A DNA stretch of 64,000 nt from contig JAAOMT010000694.1 in NCBI GenBank assembly GCA_016748015.1, positions 248,001-312,000 on the forward strand. Reading direction: 5' to 3'. The stretch is from Geosiphon pyriformis uo1. Taxonomy: Eukaryota; Fungi; Glomeromycota. The translations under genes and the position numbers were made by a program. Below, piece after piece: positions 52,701 to 64,000 of this stretch. Under the pieces are notes generated by a model. That model had not been told where the DNA came from. It ran no database searches and saw only the letters and a program-made list of their open reading frames with translations. Position 1 is the first letter of the stretch, and each line of letters starts with the position of its first letter.

Positions 52701-54788
52701 CAGTAAAGTTCAAAAAGTAAGTACATCCAAAACCTGAATTTTTAGAACTATTTAAGTCTCTTAGTTATCCTAAAAGACAACACATTCAACAATTTAAAAA
52801 CCAACCAACAACTACTTACTAACAATATTCTACAAGCAACCATTATTGAAAACAAATTATTTGCAGTTATATTTTTTTTCAAATTAAAAATTTAATCAGA
52901 AACACCATTATTCAGTAGAGCCATTCTTAATGCCAAATTCTATCACAGTCATGTATACTAATATTAAAGTTAATAGCCACTCTATTAAGCTAATCCTTGA
53001 TAATAAGTCAGCAGATAATATTATCACATAACAACTCATAATCCAATTAGGTTGCCAAGTTAATCACTCTGTTAATACCAAAATTATTATCACCAATAGA
53101 GCAAAAAAAATGCCTATTGGTAAAATTAATAACTTTTTATTTGAAGTTAATGACATCATAGCACTTATTAAAATTTTTATAATAGAAGCTATACAGTATC
53201 AAGCTCTAGTTGGTAATAACTAGCTGTTCAAAACCAATATTGTGCTCAACTAGAATATTCAAAAGCTATAGCTCAATCAAGATGGTCAACAAACTTGAAT
53301 ACTTATTACTTGCAACCACTTTTAGCCAAACACTATTATTTAATCATCACTAATTGAATTTAAGAAAAAAAAAAACCTACCTAAAAAGCCTATCAAGTCT
53401 TATGAGGTAAAAACAAACATAACAAATTACCACCAATATTTTCTTAGGACAATAAAGAGAAAAAAACAAAAAAAAACAAAACCAAAGCCATTATAGCTAC
53501 CAAAAAAATAACTAGTGGCTGAAACTGATTCTACTCTGTGAACACAAAAAAAAACCACCATATATTCCACTTAAGTATATTAACTATAAGAAAAAGCTTT
53601 CTTTCATAAAAGCTTGGATTGTGCTAAACAAAAACTACTAGACACATACTCACTACTACTGCAAACCATATTACAGAAAACATTTTAGTTATTCTAAGCA
53701 ACAAAAAAAGTAGAACAATAAATCATGTCTCATTTGTGGAAAAACACTACTTAATAAAAGAATATGAAATAACATTTCTGGTTGAAGAAAAATGTGTAAT
53801 GCATTATGTCAGTACACAATTCTAATAAGCAATTAAATAAGCCAAGAAACACTCTTTAATACTGCATAAAACCAAGCATTCTCATACTTGGATAGTTATT
53901 CACACAACAAAAATAAAATCTGGTAAATAGTAAATGCCAAAGTCAAAAATGCTTTGTCCAGCAAAATATTAGCAATCAGGAATAATCTACTAAAACTTGT
54001 TAAAACCATTTTTATTTTCAATTTAGACATATTTTTTGATATCTTGAGTAATCTTAAAAAATTCTACAAATACTATCAAGAGTTAGCACCTACTAGAAAA
54101 AAACAAGAGTAGTATTTAAAACAATTAAATACAAGATTTTGTAAACATTATCTAATTTTCAATGACTTTAAATATTGTAATGATTGTAATCTTATTTACA
54201 ATTTACTACCATGCATGATTTATTTAATCTCTAAGAAAAAAGAACCAATCAGTAAATATGCATCAAATTCAGAATCAAAAATCAATTGCAATTCGAACTT
54301 TGACAATAATAACAACAATAGTTCCAATTCTATTTATTATAACAATAACAATAATAATTTTAATTTTAATTACAATTCTAAACAAAATATTGTGCTTTTA
54401 GATTTGTTAATATAGCAGGAACTAAAATGGTTCAGCAATAATAATAAAAACATTATGTCAGAATGTGCACATAATATTAATGCAGAGTTTGATTTTAGAT
54501 ATTCAAAAAAAACTGCCATTAGATTAGAACTTTATTCACACACCAGTATAGATCTGAAAATAACACTGGAAATTCTGACAACAACAATAGTCTAATTAGC
54601 CTCTAAATTTAGTTTAATAAAAAAAGAGATTAATATTAGAGAAAAAATAATTGATACAAGATATGTAGGAAATATTATTGCAATGTTACAAAATAACTCA
54701 GAAAAAAGATACACAATTAAACTAAATAAAAAGATAACACAGACAATATTTCTGCTTCTGGTTAAAATAGCTTAGTTAATATCAATGA
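49738..54788 (+). mobile_element. Gypsy family B copy B3: 5' LTR (49738-50611), PBS, gag, PR, Cys-rich region, dUTPase; nested in B2
   Basis: TGTTAC...TAACA LTR and TTTGGTGCTTTCTG PBS; retrotrans_gag relic, zinc knuckle at ~52280, LILD protease at ~52990. Confidence 0.87.
54412..54788 (+). pseudogene. dUTPase domain in B3 pol
   Basis: AH-x-x-NAEFDFRY (from DAGFDL), LASKFSL (from ASRSSL), IIDTRYVGNI (from IIDAGYxG), KITQTIF (from KIAQ): trimeric dUTPase motifs 1-4. Confidence 0.85.
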
Positions 54789-55151
54789 TATTATAAGTGT
54801 TTATTTGGAGTGTTAATACAAATAACAAATCTGTAACTTAGTACTTAATAGCTGAATAATGTTGGTAATATTTGAAGGTTTTGGTGAAGTTCTTTATATA
54901 ATAGACAAAGATTCAATAGTTGTTTTAATAGCCTTCTGGAATGATTATTTCATTAATTTTTTTTTTCAGCATGATGGCTGGTTTATTCTAATAGTTGTGT
55001 TTTTTTGATAAGTTATCTTCAATTTTCGAATTCTATACTTTTATTTTTAGGTTTTTTACTAGGCTATTCTTAATGTTAAAATACTCAATGCTTAATCTTT
55101 TTAATCCATTAGTAAATTAACAAAACAAACAAAAAAAAATAAAAAAAATAA
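54789..55151 (-). repeat. Family-B LTR (3' part) inserted in the B3 dUTPase and interrupted by A2
   Basis: Matches ~2435-2790 and ~44131-44470. Confidence 0.82.
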
Positions 55152-58100
55152 TGTTATGGTTAAAACCTATACTTCTTATTAATTATTACATGTATTAACC
55201 ACTAATGTTATATAATTAGCCACTCTATTTTTAGAAAATGATTATTGACCTAATCAATAACTTGACCATTGATCTGATTATTGACCTGATCATTGACCTA
55301 GTTATTGACCTAATTATTAACCATTTTTGATTCCTTTTATCATCCTATAATCCTGTTCTCCCTTGCTATCCATTAGCTTGTTATTCCAATCTGTAACATA
55401 AAAGTGGTGCTCTCTGTAAGGTTGTCAAAATCTACTTTGTTTTTTATTGTATAAGTGATTATTCATACCTGCCACAATAATCAGAAGAACACTTTGAAGC
55501 ACACAACAAAAATGATCTAGACTTTATTGAACTCAATCCTTTGTTCTCCTGTTTGATTTGCTTCCCTATTGAAAAACAATCCAGTAAACAATTCCAAAAC
55601 TTTTGAAACTGGTTTCTGAACAAGCATTCAGCTGAAACTTATACAGCTTATACAACCTATTATTTTGAAAACAACTTTAAAGAAAGAAACAACAACATCA
55701 ATTAGCTTTTATACTCTACAACTTTTGAACAACAGCCTCCTGATTCTAAATACTTGAATCATCAAATTCACATTTGGATTGCTGCCCATTAGCTAGTTAA
55801 AACACTCTTTGAAACAAAAAAAAAAGCTATCAAACTGCTCCTGTTTTTGACCTTTTTTCAAGTAAATCAGAACATTCCACACAAACAGCTACTTCTGAAC
55901 CAATGGCTAATGATCCTATACAACAAAATATTCTGATTGCTTTCCAAAGCATACAAACTGCTTTAGGGCAAAAAAATAACATCTCATTATCTTTATTTAG
56001 AAGTAATGCACAAGATTCAATTGAATAGTTGGATGACTTTGAAAGAGCTGTTACAGCCAACCAATATGATAATAAATATAAGTTCCAAATTATTGGTGGC
56101 TACTTTCAAGGCTCTCTTGCTACTTGGTTCTTACAAAAAACCAATACCAATGCTCAGCAAAGAATCATTAGATAGACCCAGCAAATGCTGGAGAAGATAA
56201 TACCTCTTTTACTATCTGATTTGAAATGAAATTTAGAACTCTTATTTTGATATCCAAATAGTATATGAAATTAGAAAAAAGAACCCAAGGTCCTGGTGAA
56301 GTGGTAATTAAATATGCCAAAGCTATCAGAAAGTTAATTAAAAGAGTAGATTCTGAAAGAAACTGGACAAAAGAGCAAAAGATTTATTCCTTTACAAAAA
56401 AATTGAGAACAGATTTGTCATATGCTCTTTGGCTTCTTTTGGCTCTGAAAAATCATTCCACAATAGATATGGCTATTGAACTTGTCCAGAAAATAAAAGA
56501 TAACCAAAGGATGCATCTAGAATCTACTCTTCCAGTTTTTGCTCCTGCTTCTGTTATGACTTCTGCTCCACAAATGGCTGCTATCTCTTTTGCCACTCAA
56601 ACTCAAGACTCCAATAAACAGTTAATAAATAAACTTATAGCAAATCTTGCTTGGCTATTAAAACCATTAGCCCAAACAGTTAAAGACAACCAGCAACCAC
56701 AAAGATCTAGATTTGAATCACATTTTAATCAACTTCAGCAACCTTCTTATTAAAAACAACAAAATTGTAACCTATCTGTGTATTATTACTGTGGATTAAC
56801 TGGATATTTCTCCAAAGATTGCAACAATTCTCTCTTGTCTCCTCCAGCTCTCAGAAACAATGACAATTAAAACAACAAAACCATTAACAACAATATTCCC
56901 AACCAAAGACCCAATCATGTTAATATCAATTTCTTTGGAGAAGATCCCTTAGTTGAAGCTACTGTTTATTAGTCTTTAAACTAATAGGTACATCTCCAAA
57001 AGGTGAGAATGCAAGCCAACCAGAAAAAAATCTCTTTTATGCTTTTAATTTAACTGACAATAACCATGATATATATAAACTAGCTATCAGTCTCTCTAAC
57101 TTAGTAAGAAAAAAAAAAGCCAAGATTGATTTCATTTTAAATCTCAACAAAGCTTTAACTTCTATTGCTAATAATAATAAGCCACCAAAAACCAAAGTTT
57201 TTAAGAATCCTCCAAAGTTGGAACTCCCAGAAATAGTACAAAAATCTGGTTCTTATTTTGTTGTCAAAGATCTTATGAAAACACCTGCTCATATTATCTT
57301 TGGCCAGTTAATGACTTATTCCCAATTTAGAAAAGACCTTTGCAAATTTTTGATTCCTAAGAAAAAAACACCAAAGACCAACAAGCATCTATGCCAAGCT
57401 GAACTTGCTAACAACAGCAATGTTACCCCTCTTATTTGTAAAGCCCAAATGGCTAGTTACTTTATTGATCTGATCCTAAATAGTGAATTATCTGTTAGCA
57501 TTATTGCCAAACACTTCTTAGAAGCAATTGGCAGAAAAATTGATGAACCATCTACAAGACTAATAACTAATATACATAGTAACAAGAAAAAAGGTTTAGG
57601 CATAGCCAAAGCTGTTCCTATCCAAATCAATAGTATTAGCATTGAAACTGACATGAAAGTATCTGAAGTAAAAGAATACACCATAATAATTGGCAATAAA
57701 TGACTCAAGAAAACAAAAGCCTTGCTTGATTATGAACTCTGTGAACTGACCATCAGATGTGATAAAAAACCCATCATAGTTAAGTATCACTATTAGACAA
57801 CTCCTCCAATACCCAAACAAAGCCAAGAAAAAAAGCAATCAGATGAGTCAGATGATGAAAAAAGTGACAAAAAAAATGAACAAGAAAAAACTGTTAAACT
57901 TGTCTACACTATCTTTACCAGTAATAACAAGTTATTAGATAATGTTAAAACAGATAAAAAAGGAATTATAGTAAATAACAAACTAATCTGCTGGCCCTAA
58001 TATGATATTCTCAGAAGAATCTTTAACAGAAAGCCTGGCAAAAAAGCCAAATACAGTTATTAGTAACATGATCCTTATGTTCAGTGTTAATGCAATAAAT

Positions 58101-59979
58101 TATTATACTCTCCTAACAATAAATGCATGTTTTGCCTGATCTATTACAAAGATTGGGAACCAATTAACTTGATATCTCATAAAGAAATAAAAGAAGTCCA
58201 AAAGTCTTTGAAAATGAACCACCTGAGATCTAATCATTAATTATAGAACAAAAAAAATCTTTTCCTGAAGAAAAAAAAGTGGATATTAAAAACCTATTGG
58301 TTAAAAATAGCCCAGTTATATCCAAAGAAGATGATGCTTTTGGATGCATTTATGTGATACAACATATCATCACCACTAGAGAAACTTGTCCCATCTACTT
58401 GAAGCTCTATCAGTCCAACCATCACAATAATAAATTCATTAAGAAAGAAATAAACTGAATGAAAAATCTTGGATTCATACAAAAAACCAAGAATGAATGA
58501 GCATTTTCAGTTGTAGTGGTATCCAAGAAAGGTGGAACCCTACACTTTTGTGTTGACTACTACCAATTAAATATCATTATTATAAGAGACATGTATCTAT
58601 TCCCCAAAATTGATGCAATGCTAGATAAATTCAATGGTACTGTTTTCTTTTTAACTATTGACTTAACTGCTGAATTTTGGCAAGTAGAAATGAATTTAAA
58701 AAGCAAAAAAAAAACTGCCTTTATTACCAAGTATAGCATTTATGAATTCACAGTCATGCCTTTTGGTCTTACCAATGTCTCTTCCACCTTTTAATGCTGT
58801 TACCCAAGTAGAAAAACCAATCCAAAGTTATGAAAAAACATAACCAAAATGTGATATAATACAGAATAGTGTGTAATAACATTGGATAACACATTATAAC
58901 TTAAAATAATGCAAGATAATGTGTTATAATGTGGAATAACACAGAATAATATGTAATAACACTAGATAACCTATTATAACATAGAATAACTAGTAATAAC
59001 ATAGAAAAACAAAGCAATTACAAAAATAACAAAGCAATAGTTAGCAATAATAGAACAGTCAAAATACAATTCTGTAGAACAAAAAAAATGTATAAAAATG
59101 AGTAGTTATAAAAGTTAGAAAGACATCCAGAAAGAAAATTAGACTTTCAAAGTTAATTGAACTCTTAGAGTCAATTAGACTTGTAGGTCATAATTATTAA
59201 ATACTTTTCTTTTCAAGGATAGTTGCTATTAACCAAAATAAAATTATATCAATAAAATATTTCTTCAATTCTTCAAATCCATGTTATTATCTACTATTTA
59301 ACTTGCTAGCACAATAGCTCTTAATTACAGCTATTGACAGGACACTTATTTCTTATTTTATTTTTTTTATTTTTTTATTTTCTTTTATTTTCTTTTATTT
59401 TCTTTTCTTTTTTATTTTTTTTTGTGGAGTGGCAACATAAGAAAATTGATTGTTTAAGAATAGACTTTGTAATAACCTGGTAAAAGAGGGAGACTTCTCC
59501 TAAGTTTTGGATATTAATATTATCTTGTTAGCTTACCAAAAGGACAAAAAAACAATGCCAGATCCTAATGACTGCACTTATTAGCTCAAAGAAAATAACT
59601 CACATTTTTAAAGAAGTTGCAATTAGCAAAAACCAAACTTTTGTGCCTTATAACCAAAGAACTCAATAAATAAATTCACAACCATCCAGAAAAGATTTTT
59701 AGAGACTAATAAACATTAATTTTGTAAAAAACATACAATCCTAGAACACTAAATTAGAGCACCAAACATTATTACTATACTCCACCAAGTTTACTCATAA
59801 CAATGTCTAATAGACAAAGTATTTGAATCAGTAAAAAAAACTTTATTCTGGTCTATTTAGATGATATAATGGTCTATTCAAAAACCTGGAATGAACACTT
59901 TGAACATTTACAGAAAGTTTTTGACCTGCTTAAAAATGCTGGCCTTAAGATTAACCCAATTAAATCTTTTTTTAGATGC
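55152..59979 (+). mobile_element. Gypsy family A copy A2: short 5' LTR (55152-55398), PBS, gag, PR, RT (interrupted)
   Basis: TGTTATGG...TGTAACA LTR and TGGTGCTCTCTGT PBS; gag relic QGPGEVV; LILNS protease; FCVDY, MPFGLTN and VYLDD (~59851). Confidence 0.9.
58798..59802 (+). repeat. Solo LTR (family D) inserted in the RT of A2
   Basis: TGTTAC...TAACA with flanks ATGC/ATGT (4-bp TSD). The RT frame resumes immediately after it. Confidence 0.88.
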
Positions 59980-62900
59980 TATTACCAGTAGAATTTTAGC
60001 TATTAATTAGCATGAAATTACCCTTATAATTCCTATAATTAATTAGTATATTAATATCATTTCAAATTATCATTTATTATTTAATCAATTATCACATATC
60101 ACAATTCAATTAAATAATCCAATTAGTATAACAAAAAGTAGAATGATCAAATTACACAATACCCTGAACTTTGTAACATTCAGAAATTCGCCGAAATTTA
60201 TAAGAAATTCGCCGAAATTTATAGAAATTCGCCGAAATTATGAATAGTTCACCCAAATTAATCAATAGTTCAGCGAAATAACTTGTAGTCCATCAAAATA
60301 TATCTTTAGTTTGCCAAAATTTGAGCAAAGAGAAAAAGTGCAAGTTCATAGACTAGTACTACAACAAATTGTATAAAAGAAGAGCTTTTCTCTTCAAGAA
60401 AATATATCTTACTTTAGATTTATCACTTAGAACCATTCTTACATACACAAAAAAAAAATATCAAATAATTTAAAAAACCAAATTCTTTAATTATTGCACT
60501 TGAAAAATCCCCAAAACCCAACTAACATTTTGAAATTGATTAGCTACCAATTTCAGTAAACTGTTAGTGACTCCAGGTCTGGATAGAAAACGTTTCTCTT
60601 GACAGAATTCAATTTCTTTTATATTTCTTTTACTTTTCTTTTATTTTCTTATTATAATCATTAGAGTAGTCTACAGACAAGATTCCTGTAGAAGAGTTGA
60701 CTTTCACAGCAAAGTAACTACACATTTTTAGTGAGCTTCTAGATGAGCAATTCCTGGGAAAGAGTTGACATTTACTACAACATAACTACATAAAGTAACT
60801 GACAAGGAATTGGCTATTCTACTTATAAGCCCAGCAGTTCAAATTATAGGAAATAATTTGAAGATAAATTCAGTACTGGAGGTTCAACTATTTCTAAAAA
60901 ACATGAATTTGCAACCAACAAACATTTACAACATTTAAGAAAAGAGACCAAAAACCTCTGGTAACATTTGGTGCTCTTCTACAGAAATAACACAGCAACA
61001 ACAAATTCAAAATGGCGACCACATCAGACACAACAACTCTAGAGTATTACCAGTCAATTTACACCCACTGCAAGCAAAGATTCAACATCCCAGACGGAAT
61101 TGAAGTTATCAAGAAATCAGTATACCAATATATTGAAAATTACATCAACAATTATTTTTTTGAAAACTACAACATTTCAGAAGTTAGAAGCAACCTCTAC
61201 AATAATTTAGTGCACTATTCACAATTGGGAACAGAAGACCTGAATAGTGAAACACTTGCTACCTACTTCCAAGAACTTAATTTTAATATTATTGAGTACT
61301 GTGAAGAAAATACCCAGTACAGCCCAAATATTCTTTTAATTTTGAATCAAAAACAGAGACAAGCAACAAAGGCAAACAAAAAGTGAAACAATATTCAAAA
61401 ACCACTCCAAACACTCCCATACTACCAAAAACAGCTGCCAAACACTTGCAAACATCTGAACAAGGAACCAGTGTCAAATTACCACTTTCTATTACATCAT
61501 TTCCAATTTTACTTGTTCAACCACAAACACCAAGTTTACTACTTAACTGTTTCTCCAGACCAGAAGATTTTCAGTCACCTAGAAATCCTACTCAACAACA
61601 GAAACCAATATCAACAAGTGCCAATATCATTGATTACTTACAGAAAAACGAAAATAATCATTCAAAAAGCTTGGAAAGTGAAAAAACTGAACCAGAACCA
61701 GAAAAAGCCACAGAAAACAAAGAAGAAATGACAACTGCTTATATTGCAAAGATTCCAGAATTCACAGGTGAAGATAATGATACCAGTCTTCAAGAATGGC
61801 TTAACAAAGTTCAAAAAGCAGGAGATGCAAATGGTTGGAATGCAGCTAGAATGCTTAAAGCAATTCCATACTTTCTCTAAGAAACTGCAGAAGAATGGTT
61901 TGAAAACTTAGAAGAACTATTTGAAAACTGGCAAGCATTCAAAAATGCTTTTCTACAACAATTCACTGACAACAACACTTCTATCACTCTCAGAAACTGC
62001 TTTTACAATATCAAGCAAGAAACATCTGAAACTGTTATGACTTATTTTGGAAGATTTAACAAACTTCTTAGACAAATTCGACAATTGGAAACCAATGACT
62101 ACTATTCCAATGCTCAAATTCTGAATCAGTTTATTGCAGGGTTAAAAAACAAACTGATTAAGAAAGTCCATTTACATGCTCCAGCAGACTTAGCAACTGC
62201 CATTAAACATGCAAAGAATTATGAAATAACTATGGAAGAAGTGAACCACACCAAACTTGTTAACTTGGTTATTGGAGAAACCAGCTTAGCAGCTGAAGAA
62301 AAGATAGACCAACTTACAAAGAAGGTTGAAAGTTATTTTACAAACCAGCAACAACCACAAAAATATCAACCACCACAACAATGCAACCAAAACAACTTTG
62401 AACCATCATCCAACAACCAATCTCAAAATTGTCACTATTGTGGAATTCCAGAATACTGAAAACGAGATTGCAGGAAACTACAAAGAGACCAACAAAACAG
62501 GAGTAATCAACGTTACTCTTTACCACAACAATCTTATTACCAACCCCTACCACCAACTTATTATTCACTGAGACCACAAATTCAAAACAGCTATTATTAA
62601 CCAGCTCTACAACCAATTCAACAACAATATTAGCAACCTTTACCAATTTAGCAATATTAGACACCACCCACTCAACAATATCAAGTACCAGCAAAAAAAT
62701 TGGTTCAACATAACCAATTTACATTCCAAAATCAATTTCAGAATAACAACAACAGAATTAATCCAAATAACCAGTTGGTTCTCCGAAATTCTGGTCAGCA
62801 AAGACCCAATCACTATTACACTCAACCCAGTTATCTTATAATACCAGAGAAATCGGATTTTCAACAACCTGCACTTTCTGAAGGTGAAGTTGCAGCACCC

Positions 62901-64000
62901 AGATCAAACCCTTTCAACAACACTATTCCACTAGCTCAAATTGCCCAAAATGCCAACTTTTCAGATATATTCCCATTCGAATTTGAAGCAAATGAATCAC
63001 CATTATTGCTTAGTAATGCAGCAGCTAATGAACAAAAAGCTATTACTGCCATGTACACTGAAGCTACAGTAGAAAGAAAACCCATTCGACTAATTCTAAA
63101 CAGTGGATCAGCTGGAAGTATTATCACCTACTAGTTAATACAACAGCTTCAAAAAACTGTTGACAGACCAGCCCAAACTGTAATTGTTACAGCAGATAGT
63201 ATGAAAAAAATACCAGTAGGAGAAATTGACAATTTTCTATTCACCATTGATGGAATCACCATTCCAGTCAAAGTTCTAGTCATGGATGCACCCTAATACT
63301 AAGCTCTGGTCGAAAATGATTGGCTTCTTAAGGCCAATGCAAACTTGGACTGGAAAATTCAGGAATTAAAAATCTTATACCAAGGACAATACACCATAGT
63401 ATCTGTTACTTGTGATACTTTTAACAAACAATCAGAAAAAGCCCCAGTATTTGAATTTGAAAAGGAGAAAAAAATGCCACTTACTGAAACCTACATGGCT
63501 CTTGGATCAACATCCAATTGGGCTGAAGAAACAGAACAGGAGATTTTTGAAGAATCAAGAAGATGGAAGAAAGTTAGATATTCTACACCAGAATCATGGA
63601 AACAACCACCCTATATTCCACTCAAATACAAAGATTGCAACAAGAAACTTTCATCAATGGGAGCATGTATTTCTCCAGAAGAGGAATATGAAACTTGTAC
63701 CTGTTACTTTTGCAAAGCATGTCATAGAGAACGATTTGGATCTCCAAAAAGAAGTGGAAAATGGGACAACACATCTTGCCTTACATGTGGAGATATGTTA
63801 CCAGAAGAATGCAACTGGATTGATGTTGCAATGAAAGAAGAAGTATGTGATCAAGCCTGTCAATATGTTTTATCAATTTCGGAAAAAGTCAAAAAAGGAA
63901 CACTATTTGATGCAGCATACAACAGTGCTTTCAATAAACTTTACCACTACTCTTATGATGCTGAAATGATTTTTGACTTAGCAATAACATTGATCAATGG
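59980..64000 (+). mobile_element. Gypsy family C (B-related), youngest layer: 5' LTR 59980-60966, PBS, gag (from 61012), CCHC, PR, Cys-rich region; runs off the window
   Basis: TTTGGTGCTCTTC PBS; IAKIPEFTGED, CHYCGIPxxxKRDC, LILNSGSAGS; longer surviving ORFs than the other copies. Confidence 0.88.
60182..60320 (+). repeat. Tandem ~20-21 bp array (AGAAATTCGCCGAAATTTAT) in LTR C
   Basis: Three near-perfect units followed by about four diverged units. Confidence 0.85.

Noticed and set aside
60182-60320. CRISPR-like repeat array
   Set aside because: Units are head-to-tail without unique spacers, inside an LTR, in a eukaryote.
3380-64000. Stop-codon reassignment or readthrough to explain in-frame stops in TE ORFs
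   Set aside because: Stops occur at different positions in different copies and trace to C>T/G>A changes; host genes use the standard code.

Overview
AT-rich eukaryotic (fungal) genomic DNA with short GT-AG introns. Gene content and TE families suggest an early-diverging fungus, possibly Glomeromycotina; that is inference only. The window has three zones. (1) 1-9.4 kb: a decayed Ty3/Gypsy element with both LTRs and a 4-bp TSD, containing an inverted fragment of a second Gypsy family, followed by a young Tc1/mariner element with perfect 29-bp TIRs. (2) 9.6-33.3 kb: a compact housekeeping-gene island: CENP-C/Mif2, a MATH-BTB protein, SPB4, RPS10, mitochondrial PP2C, RNase H2A, a collapsed BAH/RSC-like remnant, SDH2, BLOC1S2, DPH3 and ATG18. 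(3) 34-64 kb: a full-length RNase H-containing LINE with TSD, then a roughly six-layer nest of LINE and Gypsy elements. Most notable: a CENP-C whose N-terminal Mif2_N module and intron are tandemly duplicated; repeat-restricted C>T/G>A hypermutation that worsens with element age; a dUTPase-carrying Gypsy family with a Cys-rich pol insert and, in the one copy whose 3' end is visible, no integrase; a relic extra ORF after the integrase of the other Gypsy family; and two unexplained structured GC-rich islands. Exon boundaries and alignments were read by eye, so coordinates may be off by a few bases.
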